Shown piece by piece: positions 8,653-17,699 of a stretch of DNA of 64,000 nucleotides. A program made the position numbers and the translations under genes. Position 1 is the stretch's first letter. Each line of letters starts with the position of its first letter. The notes under the pieces were generated by a model, which ran no database searches, had not been told where the DNA came from, and saw only the letters and a program-made list of their open reading frames with translations. The DNA comes from an uncultured Thermoanaerobaculia bacterium (GTDB lineage Bacteria; Acidobacteriota; Thermoanaerobaculia; Thermoanaerobaculales; Sulfomarinibacteraceae): positions 10,101 through 74,100 of the forward strand of contig CAZSTH010000003.1 in NCBI GenBank assembly GCA_964609835.1. Reading direction: 5' to 3'.

Positions 8653-9801
8653 TCACGTCCGGCGCAAGGCGGGGGGGACCTCCACCCGCTCGTCGGGTCC
8701 CGCCCCGTGGAGGTAGTCGCCGATCGGCGGGACCACGGCCTTGTCGACGTAGGGCGAGAGCATGAGGCGGACCATCGCGCCGTAGCTGGGCCGGAACGAG
8801 ATCGTGTCACCGATCGACAGGCCCTCCGAGATGTCGCCGATGTTGAGCACCGCCAGGTCAGAGCTGGCGCCGGCGAGCTGGTAGCGGTTGTCGAGCGGGC
8901 TCAGCCCGCGGATGTCGGTGTCGAGCTGGCCGATGGTGATGACCGCGCGGTAACCGCGCTGCCCGGGCTGGACCTCGTCATCGTCGTCGAAAGTCTCGAA
9001 CGGCGTCATGGAGGTGACCTCGCCCAGCGGCACGAGCCCCTTCTCGCGGACCTCGACGACCTCCACCTCGAGCGTGATGGCGTCGTCTCGCAGTCCGGGC
9101 AGGGTGCCGCCGTTGACGAGGTCGGTGCCGAGGAAGACGGCTTCGCCGATGCGGTAGTGGTTGACCGCTGCAGGCACCCGGTCCTCGAGCATCAGCGGCA
9201 GGACCGCGCTGGAGCCGGCGGAAATGAACCGAAGCCGACGCCCGAACTTGAGCTCCAGCAGCTCGCGGTAGAGCACCAGCTGGCTGATCTGGTCGACGTT
9301 CGGAACCACCCCTGACAGACAGCCGAGATTGGCGCCGATGCCGATCACCTCGATGTGATCGAACCGGAAGGCTCGCTCGTAGAACTCCACCAGTGATCCC
9401 GGCAGCACGCCCTCGCGCAGGTCGCCGAGCTCCACCATCACCACGACGCGGTGGACTCTGCCGCGACGTCCGGCCTCCGCGTCGAGGGCCTCGATGGCCC
9501 GCATCTCCGAGTTGAGGCTGACGTCGGCGAGCTCGACGATCGTCGGCACCGCCGGCAGGTGCGGGAGCCGCAGGTACCACGACTCGAAATCGTCGATCAC
9601 CCGGGTGATGGCCTTGAGGTTGGCCAACCTCGAGTCGGCCATCGACCGCACGCCGAGCCGCTGCAGCGCGTCGAGCGTATCGACGTGCCCGCACAGCACC
9701 TTGGTGACCAGGGTCCACGAAGCATCGCGCGCGGTCAGCCATTCGTCGACGGTGCGGATGTTGTGCTCGAGGGCGTTCAGGTCGATGGTGACGCGGTTCA
9801 T
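8653..9801 (-). CDS. PLP-dependent alanine-racemase-fold enzyme (ornithine/lysine-racemase or YhfX-like family)
   Basis: MNRVTIDLNALEHNIRTV...LVTKVLCGH carries the candidate PLP lysine. TIM-barrel plus C-terminal beta domain pattern. ATG at 9801; the upstream ORF-track extension is Ser/Thr-rich junk. Confidence 0.75.
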   Translation of the reverse strand: MNRVTIDLNALEHNIRTVDEWLTARDASWTLVTKVLCGHVDTLDALQRLGVRSMADSRLANLKAITRVIDDFESWYLRLPHLPAVPTIVELADVSLNSEMRAIEALDAEAGRRGRVHRVVVMVELGDLREGVLPGSLVEFYERAFRFDHIEVIGIGANLGCLSGVVPNVDQISQLVLYRELLELKFGRRLRFISAGSSAVLPLMLEDRVPAAVNHYRIGEAVFLGTDLVNGGTLPGLRDDAITLEVEVVEVREKGLVPLGEVTSMTPFETFDDDDEVQPGQRGYRAVITIGQLDTDIRGLSPLDNRYQLAGASSDLAVLNIGDISEGLSIGDTISFRPSYGAMVRLMLSPYVDKAVVPPIGDYLHGAGPDERVEVPPALRRT

Positions 9802-9814
9802 GGGGACTGCCTGC

Positions 9815-10282
9815 TCACTGGTTCTTGTAGCGCATCTCGGCGTAGGCAGAGGTGAAGCCGAGGCGTTCGTAAAGCCGCTTTGCCGGGTTGTCGTACTCGA
9901 CGTGGAGCTTGACATCGCCGTCGCACTCCGAGATCGAACGCCGGATGAGGTCGCCGCCGATGCCTCGGCCACGGGTCTCGGGCAGCACCGACACGAAGAG
10001 CAGGAGATGCTCGGGAATGTATCCGCCCATGCCGGTGCGCAGCATCAGCAGCCCGCCGAGCAGCTTCTCCCGCTCGTGGACGAGCATCAGGAAGCCGCCC
10101 TGGCCGCGAGCCGGCACGAAGGCGTAGTCGAGGGCCGCCTCCACGTCCTCGAGCGCGTCGTTGTAAGGCTTCATGGTCTCGTGGAAGAAGCGGGCGACCT
10201 CGGCTCGCGGCGCCCATGAGGGGAACTCTTCCTCGGTGGCGACCTTCACGTATTCGACATCGTTCGGCGATGATTGTGTCAC
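9815..10282 (-). CDS. GNAT-family N-acetyltransferase
   Basis: Acetyl-CoA binding motif RGRGIGGDLIRR...AKRLYERLGF. GTG at 10282 with AAGGGAG 8 nt upstream. 13 nt upstream of the racemase-fold gene. Confidence 0.8.
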   Translation of the reverse strand: MTQSSPNDVEYVKVATEEEFPSWAPRAEVARFFHETMKPYNDALEDVEAALDYAFVPARGQGGFLMLVHEREKLLGGLLMLRTGMGGYIPEHLLLFVSVLPETRGRGIGGDLIRRSISECDGDVKLHVEYDNPAKRLYERLGFTSAYAEMRYKNQ

Positions 10283-10308
10283 GCTTGGGACTCCCTTATG
10301 CTTGGCAG

Positions 10309-11574
10309 GTGATTGTGGGCGGGGCGAGGTGTCGTCGTAATCTCGCGTCATTATACCGTGGAATCGGAGGCCCCGCCCGACCGCCCCGACCGGGGCGAAA
10401 ACCGACTTGGGGAGCACGAGCCATCGACAGCCGCCACCACGCCGACCTCGTCAATCTGCGCCACGATCTTCACCGCTGTGCGGAGCTGGCCCACCGGGAG
10501 CGGCGGACGGCTGATCGGCTGGTCCGGGAGTTGGAGCGCCTGAACCCGGAGAGTATCGGGCGCGGAATCGCTGGCCACGGGATCGCGGCGGTCTTCGGGG
10601 GCGACGCGGACGGGCCGACGGTGCTGCTGCGATCCGATATGGACGCTCTGCCGATCGACGAGACCCTCGACCTCGCGCACGGCTCGGAAACCGGCGGAGT
10701 CGCGCACAAGTGCGGCCACGACGGCCACATGGCGATGGCGGTCGGTGCCGCGGGGCGGTTCGTGGCGGGCCGGCCGCCGCGGGGGCGCTTGGTGCTGCTG
10801 TTCCAACCGGCCGAGGAGACCGGTGAGGGCGCGGCAGGGATCCTGGCGGACCCGGCGTTCGGCGCACTCCGTCCGGACTGCGCGATCGCTGTCCACAACC
10901 TCCCCGGCTTCGACCTCGGCACTGTCGTGGTCAGGGCGGGTGTCTTCGCGTGCGCGTCGCGCGGTCTCGCGGCCGAGCTGGTGGGGGCGACGTCACACGC
11001 TGCCGAGCCTGAGCGCGGCCGCAGCCCCGCTCTGGCGGTCGCCCAGCTGATCGAATCCTGGAGCGCTGCCCGCCAGCTCTTCACGGGTCTCGAGGACTCG
11101 GTGCAAGCGACCGTCATTCACGCTGCGGTGGGCCATCCGGCCTTCGGGACCTCGCCGGGGGAGGGCCGGGTCATGGCGACGGTTCGCGCCACCAGCGACG
11201 AGGCGTTGGAGAGGCTCGATGAGCGGCTGCGCCGCCTCGCCGAGTCGATCGCGGAGACCTGGGATCTGGAGGTGGAGCTGCGGGCTGCCGAGCCGTTCCC
11301 GGCTACGGTCAACGACCCGAAGATCGTCGCCGTGGTGGCGGCCGCCGCCGCCGAGTGCGGCCGCGAGCTGGTCGAGCCCGAGCGCGCATTCTCGTGGTCG
11401 GAGGACTTCGGCCACTTCGGGCGGCGATGTCCCTCGGTTCTGTTCGGTCTCGGTGCTGGCACGGCGACTCCCGCCCTCCACCACCCGCACTACGATTTTC
11501 CCGACGAGCTGCTGCCGATCGGTTCGGCGCTGCTCGAGACCGCGGTTCAGCGGTTGCTCGAGCGTGATGGCTGA
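10309..11574 (+). CDS. M20/M20D-family amidohydrolase (N-acyl-amino-acid amidohydrolase / hippurate-hydrolase type)
   Basis: LVNLRHDLHRCAELAHRE..., metal ligands in HKCGHDGHMA and QPAEETGEGA. The conserved core begins at about 10424. No canonical start codon lies close upstream, so the 5' end is uncertain (GTG 10309 is only a placeholder). Confidence 0.75.
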   Translation: MIVGGARCRRNLASLYRGIGGPARPPRPGRKPTWGARAIDSRHHADLVNLRHDLHRCAELAHRERRTADRLVRELERLNPESIGRGIAGHGIAAVFGGDADGPTVLLRSDMDALPIDETLDLAHGSETGGVAHKCGHDGHMAMAVGAAGRFVAGRPPRGRLVLLFQPAEETGEGAAGILADPAFGALRPDCAIAVHNLPGFDLGTVVVRAGVFACASRGLAAELVGATSHAAEPERGRSPALAVAQLIESWSAARQLFTGLEDSVQATVIHAAVGHPAFGTSPGEGRVMATVRATSDEALERLDERLRRLAESIAETWDLEVELRAAEPFPATVNDPKIVAVVAAAAAECGRELVEPERAFSWSEDFGHFGRRCPSVLFGLGAGTATPALHHPHYDFPDELLPIGSALLETAVQRLLERDG

Positions 11575-12757
11575 GCCGAAGGGAAACGTCCACGGCTCGT
11601 GGATCGAGCTGAGCGAGGCCGCGCTGCGCAACAACCTGCGGTTTCTCAAGCGCCTGATCGGCTCACGCACGACCTTCGCGTCGGTCATCAAGGGCAACGC
11701 CTACGGCCACGGCATCGAGACCTTCGTACCCCTCGCCGAGCGTTGCGGGGTCCGACAGTTCGCGGTCTTCAGCGCCGACGAGGCGGTTCGGGTCAAGGCC
11801 GTATGCGGGCCGAAGACAGAGCTCATGATCATGGGCAGCGTGCCCGACCCCGCCATTCCGTGGGCGGTGGAGCACGGGATCTCCTTCTACGTCTTCGATC
11901 TCAGACGCCTGGACCGGACAGTCAAGGCGGCGCGCAGGATCGGGCGGGCCGCTCGCATCCACCTCGAGCTCGAAACTGGGTTCAACCGCACGGGTTTCGA
12001 ACCGGACAAGGTGTCCGGTGTCGCCGAGCGGATCGTCACCGCCGGTGATCTCGTGACCGTCGAGGGCGCCTGCACCCACTTCGCCGGCGCCGAATCGATC
12101 GGCAACCACGTGCGGATCCAGAACCAGATCGAACGATTCCACCGGCGGGTCGGCGGGTTGCGCGAGCGCGGCGTCGAACCACGGCGGCTGCACACCGCGT
12201 GCTCGGCGGCGGCCATCAACTACCCGGAGACCCGGATGGATCTGGTGCGCTGCGGTATCGCCCACTACGGCTTCTGGCCGACGGCCGAGACCCGCATGCA
12301 GTATTTCATGTCGCGCAGGTCCCGCACGCAGCGCGACCCGCTGCGTCGGGTGATGGAGTGGAAGAGCCGCGTGATGTCGCTCAAGAGGGTGAAGGAGGGC
12401 GACTTCATCGGCTACGGCATCACCTTCCAGGCGCCTCGGCACATGAAGATCGCGTCGGTGCCGGTCGGGTACTACCATGGCTTCGCCCGCAGCCTCAGCA
12501 ACCTCGGGTACGTGCTGATCCGTGGCGAACGGGCGCCGGTGGTCGGGATCGTGAACATGAACATGTTCGTGGTCGACGTCACCGATCTCAACGGGGTGCG
12601 GGCCGGGGACGAGGTGGTGCTCATGGGCCGCCAGGGCGCCTCCGAAATCTCGGTGGGTTCCTTCGCCGACATGTCCAACAACCTCAACTACGAGGTCCTG
12701 GTGCGGATCCCGTCCGAAATCCCACGCGTCGTCGTCGACGGTCCGTCCGCCGACTGA
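11567..12757 (+). CDS. alr: alanine racemase
   Basis: ASVIKGNAYGHG PLP-lysine motif. Length about 396 aa. C-terminal YEVLVRI motif region. The ATG overlaps the M20 stop (ATGGCTGA). Confidence 0.85.
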   Translation: MAEPKGNVHGSWIELSEAALRNNLRFLKRLIGSRTTFASVIKGNAYGHGIETFVPLAERCGVRQFAVFSADEAVRVKAVCGPKTELMIMGSVPDPAIPWAVEHGISFYVFDLRRLDRTVKAARRIGRAARIHLELETGFNRTGFEPDKVSGVAERIVTAGDLVTVEGACTHFAGAESIGNHVRIQNQIERFHRRVGGLRERGVEPRRLHTACSAAAINYPETRMDLVRCGIAHYGFWPTAETRMQYFMSRRSRTQRDPLRRVMEWKSRVMSLKRVKEGDFIGYGITFQAPRHMKIASVPVGYYHGFARSLSNLGYVLIRGERAPVVGIVNMNMFVVDVTDLNGVRAGDEVVLMGRQGASEISVGSFADMSNNLNYEVLVRIPSEIPRVVVDGPSAD

Positions 12758-13019
12758 AGGCGCCGTCGGGGCGTGGCGCCCTCCTCCCGGCTGCCGCTCA
12801 CCGTCCCTGTCCACGGGCGCGCTCGCGTGCGCTCCAGGTTGTCGAGCGTTCTTGAGATTGCGGCTTTTGAGCAGACATGGAAGTGCATAACCAGTTCGAA
12901 ATATGGGTGTATACTGGCGGCGTGTTTCGTCTCGGAGTCTTCCGGGCATTCGGTGTCACGGCCTCCCCGGTCGCGGGCGATCGCCCCCCGGTGCGGTCTG
13001 GAGAGGAAGGGAGTGCGGC

Positions 13020-15572
13020 ATGACTCGTGAGCCGGTCGATCGATGGTTGCGGCTCGGGACGCTGGTTTTTTTCGGATTGGTGTTGCTCGCCGCGGCGCCG
13101 GCCGCTGCCCAGCACCCCGCCATCTACCTGGTGGACCACGACGGGGACATCATCGATCCCATCAACGGCGAGAACGCGGACGCGGCGTTCTCGGTCAAGC
13201 AGACTTGCGGGATGTGTCACGACTACGACGTCATCACCGAGGGCTACCACTTCCAGATGGGGTGGAACACGGTGTCAGACGATTTCGGCGCCGAGGAGGG
13301 ACGGCCGTGGAGCCTGTCCAACGGCTTCCTCGGGCGCTGGTACCCGTTCGCCTTCCGGCAGCTGGCGAAGAAGCAGAACGACCATCCCGACGAGATCGAC
13401 CTCACGGTCTACGACTTCGTCGGCTTCTCCTCACCGGGCCGGGGCGAGCCGCCGTGCGGCGCCTGCCACCCTGGCGGCGGCGGTCTCGAGTTCGACCGTG
13501 ATGGCAACCGCTACGACGAGCACCTCGCCGACAACCCTGAGCTCGCCGAGTCGCTCGACGGCGACTACCACCGGAGTGCTTGGGACCGAAGCGGGGTGGT
13601 CGAGGCCGACTGTCTGATCTGCCACCTCGCGGGCTACGACTTCGAGGCCAGGGTCGACCAGCTCAAGAACGGCAACTACCGCTGGGCGGTCGTCGCGGGC
13701 TCCCGCATCGGCACCGTCGACGGGGCGGTCCGCCGCGGCGGCGAGCCGAGCGTCACCTACCAGACGCGGCTCTTCAACGTCGACGGCACCATCACCCTCG
13801 ACATGTCGTGGCCGCCGCCGGATGACAACTGCATGTACTGCCACGGCTCTTCGGACGTCAAGAAGCGCGGCTTCTCCTGGAACGACATCTTCAACCCGGA
13901 CATCCATAACCAGCAGGGCGTCAGCTGCACCGCCTGCCACCCGGCGGGCCTCGACCACCAGATCGCCAAGGGCATCGAGCCGGCGTTCACCGTCGCGCCT
14001 GAGTACGACGGCAGCAACAAATCCTGCTCCGAGTGCCACATGGAGGGCTACCTCGGAGCGCCGGTGCCGGAGCACAACACAATCCGACCGGGCCACCTCG
14101 AGAAAATCCGCTGCGAGAGTTGTCACATTCCGCATCTCAATCGCGCGGCGGCGCACGGCCAGGAGGCCACCACCGGCAAGCTCGAGTTCTACACCCGTCC
14201 GGACGACGCCGAGGAGCCGGGCGTCGAGGGCCGCTGGTACCCGGACTACGAGCGTCGGGAGGACGAGAAGATCTACCCCATGAACCGCTTTCTGGCCGTC
14301 TACTGGGCCAACCGGGACGCGGACGGGCTCGTCTATCCGCTGTTCCTGCGCGAGCACGAGGCCGGTTGGAAGGCCTTCAAGCAGCAGGTCGTGGACGACG
14401 ACGAGGACGGCCATCTCGAGGTCAACCGCCACGAGGAGATCGTCGCCGGCCTCGAGGCCTTCGCCGAGACGCTCCAGGGCAACCGGCGATTCGAGCGGGT
14501 TCGTCCGGTGTTCATCAAATCGGAGACGGCCTACGAACTCGACGATGGCGGCATCCTGGTCGAGAGCCCGCTCGCGGGAACGCCGATGGAGGGGGCTTCG
14601 GAGGTCAAGTTCTCGATCAACCACAACACCGCTCCGACCCGCATGGCGCTCGGTGTCAACGGCTGCGAGGACTGCCACGTGGCGTCCGTGCATTTCTTCA
14701 AGGGCCAGCAAACGATCGACCTCCGCGGCCCCGACGGCACACCGGTGACGGTCTCCAACGGGCGCTTCTTCGGCTGCAACCCGTTGTCATTTCACATCAA
14801 CTCGATTCACCAGCAGATCGTCAGCCCATACATCGGACCAATGATCATGCTGGTGGCCTTCTTCATCGTCGTCCACTACCACAGCTACGGGCCCAAGCGC
14901 ATCACCTTCGACCCCTACTCCGAGGAAATCGAGCGCTTCAATCTCGCGGAACGCGGAATCCACCTCTTCCGGCTGATCTCGTTCGTGATCCTGGCGGTGA
15001 CGGGCCTGATCCTCGCTTTCAACCTCAACCTGTGGCAGCATCTGCTCTTCGGCAACGCCAAGAATCTCCACAGCTTCCACGTCTGGGCAGGGATCGTGTT
15101 CATCGTCACAACGCTCGGCGGCGCCCTGTTGTGGTTCCGGGATGCCTTCTTCGAGTCCTACGACAAGGACTGGGTGCGCAAGCTGGGCGGCTACCTCGGC
15201 CACAAGGGCGAGGTGCCGGCGGGCCGATTCAACGCCGGCCAGAAGATGTTCTATTGGTACTCGGGGATCTTCGGTATTTTGATGTCGATCACCGGAGTGA
15301 TGCTGATCTTCAAGGGCGCCTTCGCGCTGTCGACGGTCTGCATCACCTCGACCGTTCACAACCTCTTCGGCTTCTTCCTGATCGCGGGGGTGTTGGCCCA
15401 TGCCTACCTCGGGACGATCGCCAATCCGGGGACGTGGCGGGTGCTGATCGACGGTTCGGTGACCCGTGAGTGGGCCGAGCACCACCACCCGAACTGGTTC
15501 CGCGCCCTGCTGGAAGAAGAGCGAACGAACTCGCCTCCAGAACCCGAGGACGATGACTCCAACGAGACTTGA
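13020..15572 (+). CDS. fusion of a periplasmic octaheme c-type cytochrome domain to a C-terminal FdnI/HydC-type dihaem cytochrome b membrane domain (CbcL-like quinol oxidoreductase)
   Basis: Signal/TM segment. Eight CXXCH motifs: CGMCH, CGACH, CLICH, CMYCH, CTACH, CSECH, CESCH, CEDCH. Then four TM helices with FdnI-type motifs (RFNLAERGIHLFRL, RFNAGQKMFYW, VHNLFGFFLIAGVLAH = H-x13-H, EWAEHHHPNWF). GGAAGGGA RBS before the ATG at 13020. Confidence 0.85.
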   Translation: MTREPVDRWLRLGTLVFFGLVLLAAAPAAAQHPAIYLVDHDGDIIDPINGENADAAFSVKQTCGMCHDYDVITEGYHFQMGWNTVSDDFGAEEGRPWSLSNGFLGRWYPFAFRQLAKKQNDHPDEIDLTVYDFVGFSSPGRGEPPCGACHPGGGGLEFDRDGNRYDEHLADNPELAESLDGDYHRSAWDRSGVVEADCLICHLAGYDFEARVDQLKNGNYRWAVVAGSRIGTVDGAVRRGGEPSVTYQTRLFNVDGTITLDMSWPPPDDNCMYCHGSSDVKKRGFSWNDIFNPDIHNQQGVSCTACHPAGLDHQIAKGIEPAFTVAPEYDGSNKSCSECHMEGYLGAPVPEHNTIRPGHLEKIRCESCHIPHLNRAAAHGQEATTGKLEFYTRPDDAEEPGVEGRWYPDYERREDEKIYPMNRFLAVYWANRDADGLVYPLFLREHEAGWKAFKQQVVDDDEDGHLEVNRHEEIVAGLEAFAETLQGNRRFERVRPVFIKSETAYELDDGGILVESPLAGTPMEGASEVKFSINHNTAPTRMALGVNGCEDCHVASVHFFKGQQTIDLRGPDGTPVTVSNGRFFGCNPLSFHINSIHQQIVSPYIGPMIMLVAFFIVVHYHSYGPKRITFDPYSEEIERFNLAERGIHLFRLISFVILAVTGLILAFNLNLWQHLLFGNAKNLHSFHVWAGIVFIVTTLGGALLWFRDAFFESYDKDWVRKLGGYLGHKGEVPAGRFNAGQKMFYWYSGIFGILMSITGVMLIFKGAFALSTVCITSTVHNLFGFFLIAGVLAHAYLGTIANPGTWRVLIDGSVTREWAEHHHPNWFRALLEEERTNSPPEPEDDDSNET

Positions 15573-15685
15573 ACCCGGCTGACCGCCGCCCGGGCGTGCA
15601 GAAGGCGCGGATTTCGATGGCCCCGCGCCGGCACCCGGCGCGGGGGATCACACGAGAGGTGGAATGTGAAACCTGAACGCAGCGG

Positions 15686-15714
15686 TTGACCACAGGCTAA
15701 AGCGCCATTTATTC
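15686..15714 (+). promoter_or_regulatory. candidate sigma70-type promoter for crtE (TTGACC-17-TTATTC)
   Basis: Only hexamer resemblance in an AT-richer patch about 40 nt before the crtE ATG. Confidence 0.3.
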
Positions 15715-15751
15715 TGTCGATGTTCGCTCGAGCCGACAAACGAAGGGGCCG

Positions 15752-16702
15752 ATGGATTTCCAGGCTGCTGAAGCGGGGGAGCGCGGGCCCCAGTCGCTGG
15801 GGGATCGCGGTCATCGTGACGTCAATCACTCCTCCCGGTTCGAAATCGAACGCCGGCTAGCAGAGCTGGTGCCGACCGAGGACGTCCAGCCCGAACAATT
15901 GCACCGGGCGATGCGTTACAGCCTGCTCGCCGGCGGCAAGCGCATCCGGCCTTTGATGACGATCGAGGTCGCGGCAGCTTTCGGCGGACCGCTGCAGGCT
16001 GCCCTCGACCCCGCCTGCGCCGTCGAGATGATCCACACCGCATCGTTGATCTTCGACGACATGCCGTGCATGGACGATGCGGTCCTGCGACGCAACAGGC
16101 CGACCAATCACCGAGTCTTCGGTGAGGACGTGGCGACGCTGGCGGCCACCTCGCTGTTGAACCGGGCGTTCGGAGTGGTTGCCGACAGCCACCATCTCGA
16201 TCCCGATGTTCGGGTGGTGCTGGTACGGGTCCTGTCCGAGGCGGTGGGGAGCCAAGGCATCATCGCCGGTCAGTTCAGCGACCTGCGCTCAGATTGGGCG
16301 AGCTGCAGCGATGCGTCCGACCTGCTCCAGATGTACGGGCAGAAGACCGGTGCCCTTTTCGTCGCCGCCGTCGAGGCAGGGGCCCGGGTCGCCGGTGTCG
16401 AAGAAGCCTGGGTCGGGGCCGTGCGGAGGTTCGCGGTCGACCTCGGTCTCGCATTCCAGATCCTCGACGACCTCCTGGACCTCTACAGCACCGAGGACCA
16501 CCTCGGCAAGGACATCGGCCAGGATCGTGACAAGACCACGGTTGTGTCGTTCCTGGGCCCGGACCGGGCGCGGGTCGAGGTCTGCCGATACATTCGATCG
16601 GCGGTGGCGGCCCTCGGACCGCTCGGCGATTCCGCGGCGCCGCTGATCGACCTCGCGAAGTCCTACACCGAACCCACGATGGAGCGTGTACTCTACCTCT
16701 GA
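15752..16702 (+). CDS. crtE: geranylgeranyl diphosphate synthase (polyprenyl synthetase)
   Basis: GGKRIRP. First Asp-rich motif IFDDMPCMDD. Second motif FQILDDLLD. Lies in a carotenoid cluster. Confidence 0.85.
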   Translation: MDFQAAEAGERGPQSLGDRGHRDVNHSSRFEIERRLAELVPTEDVQPEQLHRAMRYSLLAGGKRIRPLMTIEVAAAFGGPLQAALDPACAVEMIHTASLIFDDMPCMDDAVLRRNRPTNHRVFGEDVATLAATSLLNRAFGVVADSHHLDPDVRVVLVRVLSEAVGSQGIIAGQFSDLRSDWASCSDASDLLQMYGQKTGALFVAAVEAGARVAGVEEAWVGAVRRFAVDLGLAFQILDDLLDLYSTEDHLGKDIGQDRDKTTVVSFLGPDRARVEVCRYIRSAVAALGPLGDSAAPLIDLAKSYTEPTMERVLYL

Positions 16703-17699
16703 GGTGGAGCACACGCAGTCGGAATCCCGAGACAACGACCGCTCGCGATCGGGAGGGCCTTCGGGCGAAGCGGCCCTGGAGGTCCGGGGGGCACGGCGTG
16801 CATTCGGTCGCCGTCCGGCGCTGGCGGGTGTCGATCTCGAGCTCCGTCCTGGCATGATCTACGGCCTCCTGGGGCCCAACGGCGCCGGCAAGACCAGCCT
16901 GGTTCGTGCGATCTCCGGTCGCCTGCGACTTGACGACGGCACGGTTCTCGTGTGCGGCGGCGATCCGGCCCGCGATCCGCGGGCGCGGCGGCAGCTCGGG
17001 CTGGTCCCGCAGGACATCGCCCTCTATGCCGACCTGACGGCGCGGGAGAACCTCGAGATTTTCGGACGGCTGATGGGGCTGTCGGCCGCGGACACCAGAG
17101 AGGCAGCGCGGGTCCTGCTGGCGACGATCGAGCTCGAGGAACGGGCCGACGACCGGGTCGCGACCCTCTCGGGCGGCATGCGGCGCCGCCTCAACGTGGC
17201 CGCCGGCGTCATCCATCGCCCGCGGCTGCTGCTGCTCGACGAGCCGACCGTCGGGGTCGATCCTGCGGCTCGGGAAGCGATCCACGATCTGCTGCTGCAG
17301 CTGCGCCGGGACGGGATGGCGATCCTGATGACCACCCACGACCTCGACCAGGTTGCCGATCTCGCCGATCGGGTCGGAGTGCTGATCGACGGCCGGCTGC
17401 ATGCGGAGGGGACGGTTCGCGATCTGATCCGGGAGCAGTTCGGCGACGGCAGGGAGCTCATTCTCCGTTTGCGGCAGCCGCCGTCCGGGGATTCGCTGAC
17501 CGCGCTCGAGACTCGGGGCTTTTCACCCTCCGAAGACCAGCGGATCTGGAGCGCGCGTGTGGACTCCAGCATGACCGGGTTGCAGACTGTCAGTGCCGGC
17601 CTCGAGGCGGCGGGGCTGGCAATCGAAGAGATCCGGATTCGCGAGCCGGGCCTGCGCGGCGTCTTCTTCCGTCTCGCCGGCAGGGAGATCGACGCATGA
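16686..17699 (+). CDS. ABC transporter ATP-binding protein (ABC-2 exporter type)
   Basis: Walker A GPNGAGKTS. Signature LSGGMRRR. Walker B LLLLDEPT. Start uncertain (GTG 16686 or 16704). Confidence 0.85.
   Translation: MYSTSEVEHTQSESRDNDRSRSGGPSGEAALEVRGARRAFGRRPALAGVDLELRPGMIYGLLGPNGAGKTSLVRAISGRLRLDDGTVLVCGGDPARDPRARRQLGLVPQDIALYADLTARENLEIFGRLMGLSAADTREAARVLLATIELEERADDRVATLSGGMRRRLNVAAGVIHRPRLLLLDEPTVGVDPAAREAIHDLLLQLRRDGMAILMTTHDLDQVADLADRVGVLIDGRLHAEGTVRDLIREQFGDGRELILRLRQPPSGDSLTALETRGFSPSEDQRIWSARVDSSMTGLQTVSAGLEAAGLAIEEIRIREPGLRGVFFRLAGREIDA

Noticed and set aside
12758-12782. GGCGCC-N10-GGCGCC hairpin after alr as a terminator.
   Set aside because: The stem is only 6 bp and no U-tract follows. 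It is too weak to call.
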